Shown: positions 38,488 to 48,841 of the stretch, one piece after another
Layout: each line of letters opens with the position of its first letter
Position numbering within the stretch: position 1 is the first letter of the stretch
Assembly: GCA_027451665.1 (NCBI GenBank)
Contig: DAIDIW010000001.1
Location: forward strand, 5,354 to 69,353
DNA: 64,000 nucleotides
Reading direction: 5' to 3'
Source of the DNA: Candidatus Kaiserbacteria bacterium
GTDB taxonomy: Bacteria; Patescibacteriota; Minisyncoccia; Phycocordibacterales; Phycocordibacteraceae
Program-made: the position numbers and the translations under genes
Notes under the pieces: generated by a model
Databases searched by the model: none
The model's input: the letters and a program-made list of their open reading frames with translations, nothing else
Told to the model about the DNA's origin: nothing

Positions 38488-39078
38488 ATGTATGAAGAAA
38501 AGAAATTCAACCTGCCGGAGCTCAAAGGGCTCTCGGCGAAGCAGATAGAGGTGCATCTCGGGCTCTATGCCGGGTACGTGAAGCACACGAATCTCATCAT
38601 GGAGCAGATCCGCGTGCTGAAGGATTCAGATATGGAGAACAAGGCGTACGTCATGGCTGAGTTGCGCCGCCGGCTCGGCTTCGAGTTCGATGGCATGCGC
38701 ATGCATGAGTACTACTTCAGCCAGTTCGAAGGCGGTCCGCAGGCAATGGACGCGGATGGAGCGCTCGCGGCACTCAGCAAGAATCGTTACGGCGAGAACG
38801 GCATCATGGGCCATGTGAAGGAAGTCGCCGGGACGCGTGGCATTGGCTGGGTCGTCGTCTACTACGATGACGTGTCGAAGGCAGTGCATACGGCGTTCGT
38901 CGGCGATCATGAGCTCGGCCAGCTCGCCGGTCTCCCGATCCTCCTCGCGGTCGACCTCTGGGAGCATGCGTTCATGGTGGACTATGTGCCCGCGCAGAAG
39001 AAGGATTACGTTGACGCGTTCTTCGAGAATCTCAATTGGGGCGTCGTCGAGAAGCGTTTGGCCGGAGCGACGAAATAG
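38488..39078 (+). CDS. Fe/Mn superoxide dismutase-family protein
   Basis: HLGLYAGYV, HEYYF, GIGW, DLWEHAF. Confidence 0.9.
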   Translation: MYEEKKFNLPELKGLSAKQIEVHLGLYAGYVKHTNLIMEQIRVLKDSDMENKAYVMAELRRRLGFEFDGMRMHEYYFSQFEGGPQAMDADGALAALSKNRYGENGIMGHVKEVAGTRGIGWVVVYYDDVSKAVHTAFVGDHELGQLAGLPILLAVDLWEHAFMVDYVPAQKKDYVDAFFENLNWGVVEKRLAGATK

Positions 39079-39457
39079 CTGAGAAACGCGTAGATTGCGA
39101 TTACGAACGCGAATGGGAAAGGAGGAATGAAAAGCGTCGCCCACGGCAGGACGGCGATTTCCTTGTGCGAAACGCATGAAGAAACCAGTCGTGAGATACG
39201 TATGTTCCGTCGCATGAAACGCACAGGGAAACTTCCGCGGCAAACGGTTGTGTTGTCGGAGTATCACCCACCGCGAAACAGACATATCCGAACGATGCCG
39301 CTACGAAGAAGATCGCCGCGAGCAGGAAGACGGACCTGCGCGCTCCGCCGATAGAGAGCGGCAACAAGCGCCTTGGCGAGTACGAATGCGACGAGCCACT
39401 CCTCACGGAAGCGCGAGCAGTACTCCCATGCTCGCATCCTGGCAGCGCTCGCCCGCC

Positions 39458-39877
39458 TCAGGCAGCGTTATCCATGGCTTCATTCGCAAGTGCGTCGGCA
39501 TCCGCATTCTGCGCGCGCGGCACATGCGAGAATGATATGAACCCAAGCGGCGCCATGAGTTCTTTGAGGCGCGCCGCTTGTGCGCGCATGTCCGGATGCT
39601 TGATCTTGTAGACGCCGTTCATCTGCTTCACGACAAGCTCGCTGTCCATCTTAATCGCGACGGCTGTCTCGGCGAGCTTTCCGTGCGCAAGCGCGTGTAC
39701 CTGCTCGAGCGCCCGGATTACCGCTTCGTACTCGGCATAGTTATTCGTGCGGATGCCGAGGTATGCGGAGACGCTTGCGACGATGCTTCCCATCCCGTCG
39801 CGTACGACGGCGCCTGCGCCCGCCGGTCCCGGATTCCCGCGAGCTCCTCCGTCGGCGTGGATCGTGAATTGCTGCAT
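39458..39877 (-). CDS. rnhA: Ribonuclease HI
   Basis: DGGARGNPGPAG, TNNYAEY, DSELVVKQ, NADADALAN. Confidence 0.93.
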   Translation of the reverse strand: MQQFTIHADGGARGNPGPAGAGAVVRDGMGSIVASVSAYLGIRTNNYAEYEAVIRALEQVHALAHGKLAETAVAIKMDSELVVKQMNGVYKIKHPDMRAQAARLKELMAPLGFISFSHVPRAQNADADALANEAMDNAA

Positions 39878-39885
39878 GCGAGTCA

Positions 39886-41610
39886 CTATACCAATTTCAG
39901 ATCGAGCAGGCGCAAGCGTAGCGGTTTCTTCCGTGAGAACGCATTCCGCTCGAGGTGAATGAGGATATTTGCACGAGCACCGCCTGCCACCTGATCTGCG
40001 GCGCGCGCGATGCGGCCTTTCGCGAAGAAGGCGACGGCTTCGTGTGTGAGCCCGGTCTCCTCGCAGGCGAGCTCGGCTTTCACGTGTTCCGCACCTTTCC
40101 CGAAGCGCGAAATTGAAGTGAGGCGTGCTTCGCGTACAAAGAATACGGGTTTAGGATTCTCCTGGCCGAAAGGGGCGAGCCGTTCGAGCTTCCTGAGAAG
40201 TGCGAATGAGATCTCCGGAAGTGTGAGTTCCGCGTCCGCATGGGGTACGAACGTGTCATCGGTCCCCGGTTTCGGCAGAGTTGCGAAGGCGTCGTTCAGC
40301 AATCGTTCAAGATCAAACACCCGGTCGTCTTTGATGGTGAAACCTCCCGAAGCGGCATGACCACCGAAGTCGACGAACGCAGAACGCGCGGCCTGCATGA
40401 GCTCGAGTGCATGCACGACATCCGCGCTGCGGACGGAACCCTTGAGCGTGTTGTTTTCCTCCCTTCCCCAGAGAAACACTGGGCGTTCATATTCATCCGC
40501 AATACCGTTCGCTACGAGGCCTAGGAGCGCTGGACGCCATGCAGGATCGCCGAGCACGATGACATCTCGCACGACCTCCTTCTCTTTCAGTTTCGCCCGC
40601 GCCGCGCGCGTGATCGCGCCTGCGTGCGCTTTGCGTTCGCGGTTGTGCTTCTCGAGCAGTTTCGTGAGCGCGTCCGCTTCCGCTTGATCTTCAGTCGTGA
40701 AGAGCCGGAATGCGTCGCGCGGATCACCCATGCGGCTTGCTGCGTTCACGCGCGGAGCGAGCATGAAACCAACGTCATCCTCCGTCATCGTGCGTTGTTC
40801 CACGCGCATCGTGCGCAAGAGCTTCTGCAGACCGAGTCGCGGTGACTTTCGCAAGACGAGCAGTCCATAGGTGGCAAGCACGCGATTCTCACCCGTGAGC
40901 GGTACCATGTCGGCGATCGTCGCGAGCCCCACCATATCGAGAAGCCATTTCTCCCAGCCGTCCGGTACGCGTTCACGAAGCGAGCGTTCGCTCACGAGCG
41001 CCGCGCAGACGAGCTTCCACGCCACGCCAGCACCACATAATCCTTTGAACGGATATGGCTCCCATTCGCGCGCGTTCGGATTCACAACTGCAAACGCGTC
41101 CGGCAGCGTCTCGCCCGGCAGATGGTGGTCGGTTACGATCACTGTCATACCGAGTTCATTCGCGCGCGCGACTGCCTCATGGTCGGTGATGCCCGAATCT
41201 ACCGTCACGATGAGTTTCGTTCCGCGCATAGCGAGCGACTCGATGCCCGAGACGTTCACGCCGTATCCTTCGAGATGCCTGTGCGGTATGTAGTTCTCGA
41301 AATCGGCGTCCGCTTTCTTCAGGAAATCATGCAGCAGTACGCCGCCCGGGATGCCGTCACAATCATAATCGCTCCACACGGCGATATGCTCCCGGTCGCG
41401 GATAGCCGCGGCCAAGCGCTGCGCAGCCTTCGGCATGTCGGTCATCGTGAGAGGGTCGTGGAGATGATCGTTATAGGACGGCGACAGGAAGCGGGCGGCG
41501 GCATCCTTGTCGGTGATGCCACGCCGCGCAAGAAGCGCAGCGGTCAGATCGTCATGTGCGGCGAGCGCGGTGCGAAGTTTGGTAGGAAGCGGCTCGTAGA
41601 GCGGAAACAT
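39886..41610 (-). CDS. recJ: ssDNA exonuclease RecJ
   Basis: DYDCDG, TVDSG, TDHH, TIADMVPLTGENR, GGHAAS. Confidence 0.95.
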   Translation of the reverse strand: MFPLYEPLPTKLRTALAAHDDLTAALLARRGITDKDAAARFLSPSYNDHLHDPLTMTDMPKAAQRLAAAIRDREHIAVWSDYDCDGIPGGVLLHDFLKKADADFENYIPHRHLEGYGVNVSGIESLAMRGTKLIVTVDSGITDHEAVARANELGMTVIVTDHHLPGETLPDAFAVVNPNAREWEPYPFKGLCGAGVAWKLVCAALVSERSLRERVPDGWEKWLLDMVGLATIADMVPLTGENRVLATYGLLVLRKSPRLGLQKLLRTMRVEQRTMTEDDVGFMLAPRVNAASRMGDPRDAFRLFTTEDQAEADALTKLLEKHNRERKAHAGAITRAARAKLKEKEVVRDVIVLGDPAWRPALLGLVANGIADEYERPVFLWGREENNTLKGSVRSADVVHALELMQAARSAFVDFGGHAASGGFTIKDDRVFDLERLLNDAFATLPKPGTDDTFVPHADAELTLPEISFALLRKLERLAPFGQENPKPVFFVREARLTSISRFGKGAEHVKAELACEETGLTHEAVAFFAKGRIARAADQVAGGARANILIHLERNAFSRKKPLRLRLLDLKLV

Positions 41611-41682
41611 GTGAGACTCATTGTACCGCGGTCGAGGGTCGGGGTCCGGATGCTTTCGGGCGTCCTTGGTATACTCGGGCAC

Positions 41683-42048
41683 ATGGAGACGTGCATATTC
41701 TGTAAGATTGTCCGCGGCGAGCTTCCTTCGTACAAAGTATATGAAGATGATGCATTCCTTGCATTCATGGATATCAATCCGCAGACGTGCGGGCATGTCC
41801 AGGTCATTCCGAAGGAGCATTACCGGTGGGTATGGGACGTACCGGACGTCGGCCGCTACTTTGAGATCGTGCGAAAAGTGGCTAAGGCGCAGCAGCGTGC
41901 ATTTACGACCGAGTGGATCATCCAGAAAAGCATCGGTGACGAAGTGCTGCACGCGCATGTATGGGTCTTCCCCGGCGATTCGACCGGAGATAAAAAGGCC
42001 TTCGACGAGAATGCGCGCCGCATCCGGGCGGCGCTCGGTGAGGAATGA
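41683..42048 (+). CDS. HIT-family hydrolase
   Basis: CIFCKIV, DINP..GH, HAHVW. Confidence 0.9.
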   Translation: METCIFCKIVRGELPSYKVYEDDAFLAFMDINPQTCGHVQVIPKEHYRWVWDVPDVGRYFEIVRKVAKAQQRAFTTEWIIQKSIGDEVLHAHVWVFPGDSTGDKKAFDENARRIRAALGEE

Positions 42049-42121
42049 GAACGGCCCCTGCGAAATGGCCCGCATTCAGGAATACGGTATGTGTCGGAAG
42101 GAGTAATACCGAGTGTGGACG

Positions 42122-43288
42122 CTAGGATTCGTCCTCGAGCGCGTTGATGCCGGGGAGCGTGCCTTTGTCGAGATAGCTGAGCATTGCACCGCCGCCGGTC
42201 GAGACGAAACTGAAATGCGTCATAAGGCCGAGTTTCTCGGTTGACGCGACAGTATCACCGCCGCCGATAACCGAGTGTGCCCCGCTCGCGGCCACCACCC
42301 GCGCAAAGGAGTCCGTCCCGTCGACGAAACCACGCTCATAACTCCCCAGTGGGCCATTCCAGAGTATGGCCCTGGCCTTCTGCGCAAGCGCCTCAAGCGC
42401 CGCATCAGTGCGCGGCCCTTGGTCGAGTATAACCTCGTCGGAATGTACGTCGCTTACTGCGGCAACGCGCGCCCGAGCGTGTGCATCGAGCGCGTTCGCT
42501 TCGGCCGCTGCTACGACGCGAACATCGACTGGCAGCATGAGTTTCGGATTGTCGATAAGCGCTTGCACCTTCGCCGGATCAGCATCCGAAATGAGCGATT
42601 TGCCGACCTCATGTCCTGCGACTTTTAAGAAATCATTCGCGAGTGCGCCGCCCACAAACACGTGGGCGTAGCTTCGGAGCAGCGTCTCAAGCACCGCTTC
42701 TTTCGAGTGGAATTTCGCCCCCCCGATGACCGCGAGTGCGGGGTGTTCGGGCGTGCGTGCATCCGAGAGTGTTGCAATCTCTTGCTCAAGCAGGAGTCCC
42801 GCGTAAGACGGTAGCAAGGTCGGAAGCGTCACGATGGACGCGTGGAGGCGATGGCAGGTATCGAAAGAGTCCTCGATAAAAAGATCGCCGAGCGCGGCGA
42901 GCTCTTTCGCGAAAGCGGGATCATTACCCGTCTCACCCGGGTTGCGCCGCAGGTTCTCCATCACGAGAATGCATCCGGGGGCGAGATTCCGCACGGCATC
43001 GCGGGCACGTTCTCCGATTGTCTCGGGAAAGAAGGAAACACCGGGCGTAAGTTTTCCGAGCGCGTCTGCTATGGGAGCGAGCGTTTCTGTCCCCTTCTCG
43101 CCGATATGACTCAAGACGATCACGCGGGCTCCGCGATCAGCGAGATAGCGCAGCGTCGGTACAACGCGCCTCAGGCGATACGTATCGGTTACGATACCGT
43201 TCTCGACCGGCTCGTTGAGCGGCGCCCGGACGAGCATGGGTATGTTCTCGAATACTTCGATATCTCGCAGTGAGCGCATAGGAGTCAC
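42122..43288 (-). CDS. pgk: Phosphoglycerate kinase
   Basis: MENLR, HRLHAS, GGAK, WNGPLG, GGGDT, STGGGA. Confidence 0.95.
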   Translation of the reverse strand: MTPMRSLRDIEVFENIPMLVRAPLNEPVENGIVTDTYRLRRVVPTLRYLADRGARVIVLSHIGEKGTETLAPIADALGKLTPGVSFFPETIGERARDAVRNLAPGCILVMENLRRNPGETGNDPAFAKELAALGDLFIEDSFDTCHRLHASIVTLPTLLPSYAGLLLEQEIATLSDARTPEHPALAVIGGAKFHSKEAVLETLLRSYAHVFVGGALANDFLKVAGHEVGKSLISDADPAKVQALIDNPKLMLPVDVRVVAAAEANALDAHARARVAAVSDVHSDEVILDQGPRTDAALEALAQKARAILWNGPLGSYERGFVDGTDSFARVVAASGAHSVIGGGDTVASTEKLGLMTHFSFVSTGGGAMLSYLDKGTLPGINALEDES

Positions 43289-44028
43289 GACAATTCCTTG
43301 ATAATGGAAGCAAACTGTCTGGAGTCCGCCGAGGCATGCCCTACGAGCACCCCGTCGATGCCGCTCGCTGCTGTGAGGCTACGGGCATCCTCAGGTTCGA
43401 CGGAACCGCCGTAGAGCACCTGTGCGCGAGCAGAGCTGTTGCCGGGCAGAAGCTCCGCGAGCACCTTCTTTATATAAAGCACCATCTCGGCGAGATCATG
43501 GGGACCGATTGCGTCCTTTGCATGCTTTCCTATGGCCCAGATTGGTTCGTAGGCGACGATGACCTTTGTGCGATCCTTCTGCGCAATATCCTCGAGCGCT
43601 GCGCGCAATTCCTCGCGGACGAATGCGAGGTAGCGCCCCGCCGGGTCGCGCTCCTTTTCACCTACGCAGAGTATGGGGATGAGTCCTTGCGCGAGCGCGT
43701 GCCCGAGCTTTTCGGCGACGATGCCATTCGTATCGCCTGCGGCACGCCGCTCGGAGTGGCCAATGATTGCGTAGGCCGCGCCCGCTGCCATACAGGCCCG
43801 CGCTGTCGACTCCCCCGTCTGCGCGCCGCCTGTCGTGCGGGATATGTCCTGTGCGGCGAAAGCGAGGCGCGAGCGATTCCCTATCGCGAGCGCGCCGAGC
43901 AGAGGCGGGGGCGGCGCTATAACGACGGTCGCTTTCGAGCGGGACGCCGCGCGCCGCGTCGCCGCGACGAGACCCTTGGCTTTCGGTAGGTCTTCAACGT
44001 AGGCCTTCCAGTTTGCGACGATAAGCAT
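43285..44028 (-). CDS. tpiA: Triosephosphate isomerase
   Basis: VANWK, GHSERR, AYEPIWAIG, YGGSV. Confidence 0.96.
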   Translation of the reverse strand: MLIVANWKAYVEDLPKAKGLVAATRRAASRSKATVVIAPPPPLLGALAIGNRSRLAFAAQDISRTTGGAQTGESTARACMAAGAAYAIIGHSERRAAGDTNGIVAEKLGHALAQGLIPILCVGEKERDPAGRYLAFVREELRAALEDIAQKDRTKVIVAYEPIWAIGKHAKDAIGPHDLAEMVLYIKKVLAELLPGNSSARAQVLYGGSVEPEDARSLTAASGIDGVLVGHASADSRQFASIIKELS

Positions 44029-44068
44029 AGGAAAATCCTACCATGCGTCGTTCCGCACAGGCTGCCGC

Positions 44069-45526
44069 TTACAGCTGCTGCCAGTTCACGAATTCGAAGG
44101 CGGTCGAAAGCACCGGCGTAAACGGGGGCGGATTTTCCGAGAGCGGCTGGTCGAATGAGTCGGTGCGGGAGAGATACCCGGCATTACTGTAAGAGCCGTA
44201 GGAGTAGCAGCCGTTTTCCCACTGTGTGCCGGTGCGCTTGTACGAGATGGTCGAACCATGTATTGCGAGGGTTCCCTTCGGTTCATAGGGGCCCGGACAG
44301 GCGTAGAGATTCTGGCCGAAGGCGCCGCTTTGGGCCACGAAGATTCCATCTAGGGTAAGGTTGGTCGGCGCGTCGGGCGTTATGAGGATGTCATGTTCGG
44401 AGATGAGCGTAAGGCCTGCGGAACCATTGTCGGAGGTGTAGGTGATGTTTCCTTTTATGAAGGCGTCAGGTACGACGCTTCCGCTGCTTGTCGTATTGGC
44501 GACGACGACGGTCACCTTCGAAGGGACTGTCCCTTCGATCCAGGCGTTGTCTTCGACGAATATGAGACCGCAATTCGCCGGGATGGTATACGTGGTTCCG
44601 GCTGACTCGCTGGCGATGAGCGCGTAATCGGTCGATGGATCAGTCGGATTCACCGGATACTCTGACAGTGCAGTCTCCGCGGTTACTTCTTTAACCGTGA
44701 CGGTGCCGTCGCTGTTGAAGATGAGGTGGTACCCGCCATGAGGATTGCCACCCACGTAGCCGCACTGTTGCCACCAGCCCCATCCGGAGCATTGATAGGT
44801 GCCCTCGGTACTTACCTGCGGCAGATAGATTCCGGACGCTTGCGCGGTGGCTTTGAGCGCCGTGAAATTCGCCGCGATGCCGGCGAAGTCTACCTGCGGT
44901 GTCGGGTACTTCCAAAGATACTGATTAGGTCCGCTCCCAAATACGCCCGGCTCGGTTGTACCGGGAGAGCACCCGAACGATGAATCGCAGTACCAGCTGG
45001 AGACCGAACTCGTGACTTCCGCGTTCGCGGTCCCGTCCATGCGTACGCCGCCGTTACTGTGGTATGGCCCGTTGATGATGCGGTCAGGTCCCGCCCAGAC
45101 GCTGTCATTTACGATGTAGGAATAGGCGGCGACCGACGGGCGGGCATAGCGGGCCTCAAGCGTAATCGGATACGCGGGATTGTCAGCGGCGGTACCGGTA
45201 GACGTGAGATCGATGGAGGTGGTCTGCCCGCAGGAGAGATTCGCACTCACGGAGAGGTGCGCTGTCCCGGCAGTGCCGCCCGAAGGATCGGGTATCGTCA
45301 CATTGAAGGAATCAGAACTGCCGCCGTTTGCGAGATCGTTCGGGAAGTGCGCCAGGTGCCAGCGGTAGTATTCGAGCCCCGCTTCGGCGATATTGAATGC
45401 TTCCGTCTGGACGCGTGTTACGTCCTGGATGCTGTTCTGCGAGAGCACGTAGCTCGAGAGTGCAGCGAGTACGGCGAGAAATATGCCGCCGAAAATGAGC
45501 ACGAGAAGCGTTATCGAGCCGCGCAT
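44069..45526 (-). CDS. PilX-like minor pilin/adhesin
   Basis: MRGSITLLVLIF..AFNIAEAGLEYY; long beta-rich C-terminus. Confidence 0.78.
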   Translation of the reverse strand: MRGSITLLVLIFGGIFLAVLAALSSYVLSQNSIQDVTRVQTEAFNIAEAGLEYYRWHLAHFPNDLANGGSSDSFNVTIPDPSGGTAGTAHLSVSANLSCGQTTSIDLTSTGTAADNPAYPITLEARYARPSVAAYSYIVNDSVWAGPDRIINGPYHSNGGVRMDGTANAEVTSSVSSWYCDSSFGCSPGTTEPGVFGSGPNQYLWKYPTPQVDFAGIAANFTALKATAQASGIYLPQVSTEGTYQCSGWGWWQQCGYVGGNPHGGYHLIFNSDGTVTVKEVTAETALSEYPVNPTDPSTDYALIASESAGTTYTIPANCGLIFVEDNAWIEGTVPSKVTVVVANTTSSGSVVPDAFIKGNITYTSDNGSAGLTLISEHDILITPDAPTNLTLDGIFVAQSGAFGQNLYACPGPYEPKGTLAIHGSTISYKRTGTQWENGCYSYGSYSNAGYLSRTDSFDQPLSENPPPFTPVLSTAFEFVNWQQL

Positions 45527-45527
45527 A

Positions 45528-46133
45528 TCACTCGTTCATATTATGCAGGTTTCGCAGCGTCGCGCTTCCCACGAGGGTGTATACATCCGGCGCCCGGTTC
45601 GGGTTCACGTCAGTGAGTGCCGTTATGCGCACCGAGGCGATATTCGCGACATCGACCGGGGAGGGGAGTTCATTCCCCTGTGCATCGTAGTAGGTGAACA
45701 AGGGCGTGCTGCTGCCGTTGCGTATGTTATCAATCACGAGCGTCGTTTTTTCGGTTTGTCCTGCATACGACAACGGTGCGCCAGCCGGTGCCGTCGTGCC
45801 GCGGTAGAGCGTGTTGCCTGAGAGGAAATAGCGGATGCGATCTACCGCGGTATCCGCGGGGACGTAGGCATAGAAAGTGACGGTCGAGGTGGCTGCCGCC
45901 TCGATTGGGTAGGAGCCATCCGCACCGTAAGCAGCCTCACGCAAATCGCGTACCGCATTCTCAACACTCCGGCGAGCGCTGTCGACCTCTTCCGTCTGTT
46001 GCAATACGTAGCCATTCGTACGGTAAAAATAGGCGATGAGGACGCCGAGCGCGACCATCATGAAGGCGGTGATGGCGATAACGACGAGCGTCTCGACGAG
46101 CGTGAACGCTCGCTTGTGGGGTAGAGGTCTCAT
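45528..46133 (-). CDS. Prepilin-type (PilW/GspJ-like) minor pilin
   Basis: KRA|FTLVETLVVI class III signal peptide. Confidence 0.85.
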   Translation of the reverse strand: MRPLPHKRAFTLVETLVVIAITAFMMVALGVLIAYFYRTNGYVLQQTEEVDSARRSVENAVRDLREAAYGADGSYPIEAAATSTVTFYAYVPADTAVDRIRYFLSGNTLYRGTTAPAGAPLSYAGQTEKTTLVIDNIRNGSSTPLFTYYDAQGNELPSPVDVANIASVRITALTDVNPNRAPDVYTLVGSATLRNLHNMNE

Positions 46134-47587
46134 TTCGGCAGCAGGATTAGGGATGCGGTAGTCGTGGATCCAGGCGAGAGCGCATACGGCGGGACAGGGT
46201 TGGCGGCATCGATCGTATAATTTGGAAGCGTAAGCGAGTATGTGTCCCACTCGAGCGTGAGCCCTTGGGTGCCGTCGTTCCCCGTCGATGCTGTGACGAC
46301 GGTCTTCGGTATAGGCGTCCCATTGTTCTCATACCCTTTCGTCTTTGCGCCTGTCAGCGTGAAGGAGACGTTCGGGAGTGGGAACGGACCGGCGAGGTAT
46401 GAGAGCGACCACTCGTCTATGGAGGGTGAGGAACTTGCGTTGCCCGTGAAGGTCGCTCCTACCGCGAGTCTCGGATAGGTCGAGGTCGAGACGGACTCGA
46501 GGTTCACCGGGAAGATGGTGAAACCGGTGCTGTTCCCCGGGAGCACGCTGTCCGGGAGGAGCGTTCCGCTCGCGTCATATATATGGAGCGCGACGGATGA
46601 GCCGCTCGGAGCCGAAGTCGTCGCCATAAGCCTTCCCCACTGCAGGAGATAGCTCGAGCTCGTCGCGATACTCCTGGCGCTTCCCGTGCTCGCGCCCGAA
46701 AGGAGACTGAGCGCACCGCCTGAGACCGTGGTAGAGCTCATGGCCGCGAGCTTCGAGGTGCCCGAGAATGAATCAGAGAACGTGCTTGTTGCGGCCGGTG
46801 AATATGTCGCGAGATTTAGATGAGCGAGCACATCGATCGCAAAGGTCTGCGTCGTCGTCTGGTCCTGCACGACCGTGAGATAGCCGGGATTCGGATTCTG
46901 GTTCGTCGCATCGCGCGCGTAGGTCTGCGCGGACGAGTATCCGCTACGGGATACGGAGACTTCGTAGCTCGAGCTCGTAGCGGCACCCGGCAGGTCCACG
47001 ATGCCGGCCGTATCGGTGTAGGTCGTCACGTCGATTACGGGAGAGGTCGATGCATTCATGATGTGCACCGTCGCATCGGAGACCGGGTTGCCGGAGGCGT
47101 TCACGACGTTGATCTCAAGCGTGCCTCCGCCGCTCGTGGTCTCGATGCCTGGCGGTGCGAAGTTAGAAACAAGGACAACCGAGCGCGTGGTCCCGCCGAT
47201 CGTATATGAGACGGCGACACGCGCGCGCTTATAATCCGTTGTGATGCCGTTCGTATCGTTCGCGCCGAGGCCGTCGGCAGGATCATCGACGTAGCTTATG
47301 AACGTATGCGTCTCATAGGGGATACCGTCCTCGGTCGTGGTCGCATCCTCAGGAACGACGCCTGACGGGATACCGCCTATGGTCCCCACGTTGTCGTAGG
47401 TGAGGCTGCGCAGGTACTCCATCTGCGTCTGTGCGAGCGCAGTGGCGCCTGCCTCCGCTTTCGCCAGAGTGGAGAGCAGGAGCGAGGCGCGCAGGATGCC
47501 GAACAGCGCGAGGAAGACGATGAGCATGAGCGCCACTCCCACGACGACCTCGATGAGCGTCATGCCACGCGTGCGCGCTGCGTACAT
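46130..47587 (-). CDS. Prepilin-type (PilV-like) protein with carboxypeptidase-regulatory-like domain
   Basis: RG|MTLIEVVVGV class III signal; INVVNASGNPVSDATV. Confidence 0.82.
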   Translation of the reverse strand: MYAARTRGMTLIEVVVGVALMLIVFLALFGILRASLLLSTLAKAEAGATALAQTQMEYLRSLTYDNVGTIGGIPSGVVPEDATTTEDGIPYETHTFISYVDDPADGLGANDTNGITTDYKRARVAVSYTIGGTTRSVVLVSNFAPPGIETTSGGGTLEINVVNASGNPVSDATVHIMNASTSPVIDVTTYTDTAGIVDLPGAATSSSYEVSVSRSGYSSAQTYARDATNQNPNPGYLTVVQDQTTTQTFAIDVLAHLNLATYSPAATSTFSDSFSGTSKLAAMSSTTVSGGALSLLSGASTGSARSIATSSSYLLQWGRLMATTSAPSGSSVALHIYDASGTLLPDSVLPGNSTGFTIFPVNLESVSTSTYPRLAVGATFTGNASSSPSIDEWSLSYLAGPFPLPNVSFTLTGAKTKGYENNGTPIPKTVVTASTGNDGTQGLTLEWDTYSLTLPNYTIDAANPVPPYALSPGSTTTASLILLPK

Positions 47588-47625
47588 GCTCGTATGATAG
47601 CGCACCGGCTGCGCGTTCTTCTCGG

Positions 47626-48840
47626 CTATCCGATGGCTGAAGACAACTGGTAGATCGGCGCGATCATAGAAATGGCAAAGATGCCGACGAATGTGCCGAT
47701 GATGAGCATGAGGACCGGTTCAATGATGGTCGAGAGGTCCTTCGTCTTCTCCTGCACGTCCTCTTCGTAGAATTCTGCGATTTGCTTTAGCATCTCGGCA
47801 ACCTTGCCGGTCTCCTCCCCCACCGAAAGCATATCGCTCATGAGGATCGGATACAGCTTCGGATGATTCACGAAAGAGGCCGAGAGGGGTTCGCCTTTGC
47901 GGACTGCCTCTTCGGCTTCGTCGATCACACGCGCAAAGAGGCCCGCGTGCACCACCTCCTTCGTAATGGACAGCGCGTCGAGCACCGGAACGCTTGAGGT
48001 GAGGAGCGAGGAAAGCGTGCGCGCGAAACGAGCGGCGTAGGTCTCGCGCACCAGTTCTCCGATCACCGGAAGCCTGAGCGCGATCCAAAGCACGACGGCG
48101 CTGCCGCGCGGCGACCGTATGAAAAGGTAGGTACCCACGAAGAACGCCACGAGACCGACGAACACGAGCGCGACGTTCGCGACCATGAAGTTGCTTATCG
48201 CAACGATGATGCGGGTCGCAAGCGGCACTTTTGCGCCGAGCGACGAGAACGTCTTCGTCAGGGTCGGGACCACGTAGATCATCATGAGCACGCCGACGAT
48301 GACGACCGCCGTGAGGACGATCGAAGGATAAATCATCGCACCCTTGATTTTCCGCGTGAGCTGCTCCGAGCGCTCCATCTGCATGCCGACGGTCGTGAGA
48401 GAATCCGCGAGGCCGCCTGATTCCTCGCCGGCCTTTACCATGGCGACGAATATGGGAGGAAAGACTTTCGAGTGTTCGGCGAGCGCCTCATGGAACGAAG
48501 ACCCGCGTCGGACGGATTCCGAGAGTTCGCTCATGACCTTCTTCAGGTATTTGTTGCTCGACTGTCGTTCGAGAACCGAGAGTGCACGCGAGAGCGAGAG
48601 GCCGGCCGTGAGCATCGCGGAGAGGTTCTTCGTCAGCCGCACGATCTCCTCGCGTTTTATCCCTGATCCGAACTGAATGTTCGCCCATGCAGGGAGCGTG
48701 AACCCGCTCCCTTCCTCGAGCGCGATGACAGAACCGCCTTCCTTCTCTATCTGCTCATAGACCGCGAAGCGCGTCGGCGCGTCGATAATGCGTACCGTGT
48801 CTCCCGCCCCCCCCCCTCGTATCGTCGCGCGGAATTTCAT
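47626..48840 (-). CDS. pilC: Type IV pilus platform protein PilC/GspF
   Basis: GEESGGL, AMIYP, GEETG, IEP repeats. Confidence 0.92.
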   Translation of the reverse strand: MKFRATIRGGGAGDTVRIIDAPTRFAVYEQIEKEGGSVIALEEGSGFTLPAWANIQFGSGIKREEIVRLTKNLSAMLTAGLSLSRALSVLERQSSNKYLKKVMSELSESVRRGSSFHEALAEHSKVFPPIFVAMVKAGEESGGLADSLTTVGMQMERSEQLTRKIKGAMIYPSIVLTAVVIVGVLMMIYVVPTLTKTFSSLGAKVPLATRIIVAISNFMVANVALVFVGLVAFFVGTYLFIRSPRGSAVVLWIALRLPVIGELVRETYAARFARTLSSLLTSSVPVLDALSITKEVVHAGLFARVIDEAEEAVRKGEPLSASFVNHPKLYPILMSDMLSVGEETGKVAEMLKQIAEFYEEDVQEKTKDLSTIIEPVLMLIIGTFVGIFAISMIAPIYQLSSAIG

Positions 48841-48841
48841 G

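Noticed and set aside
48806-48817. Poly-C/G run near the pilC start as a phase-variation tract
   Set aside because: The runs are short (about 9 nt), encode GGG in frame, and the ORF is intact; no evidence without read data.
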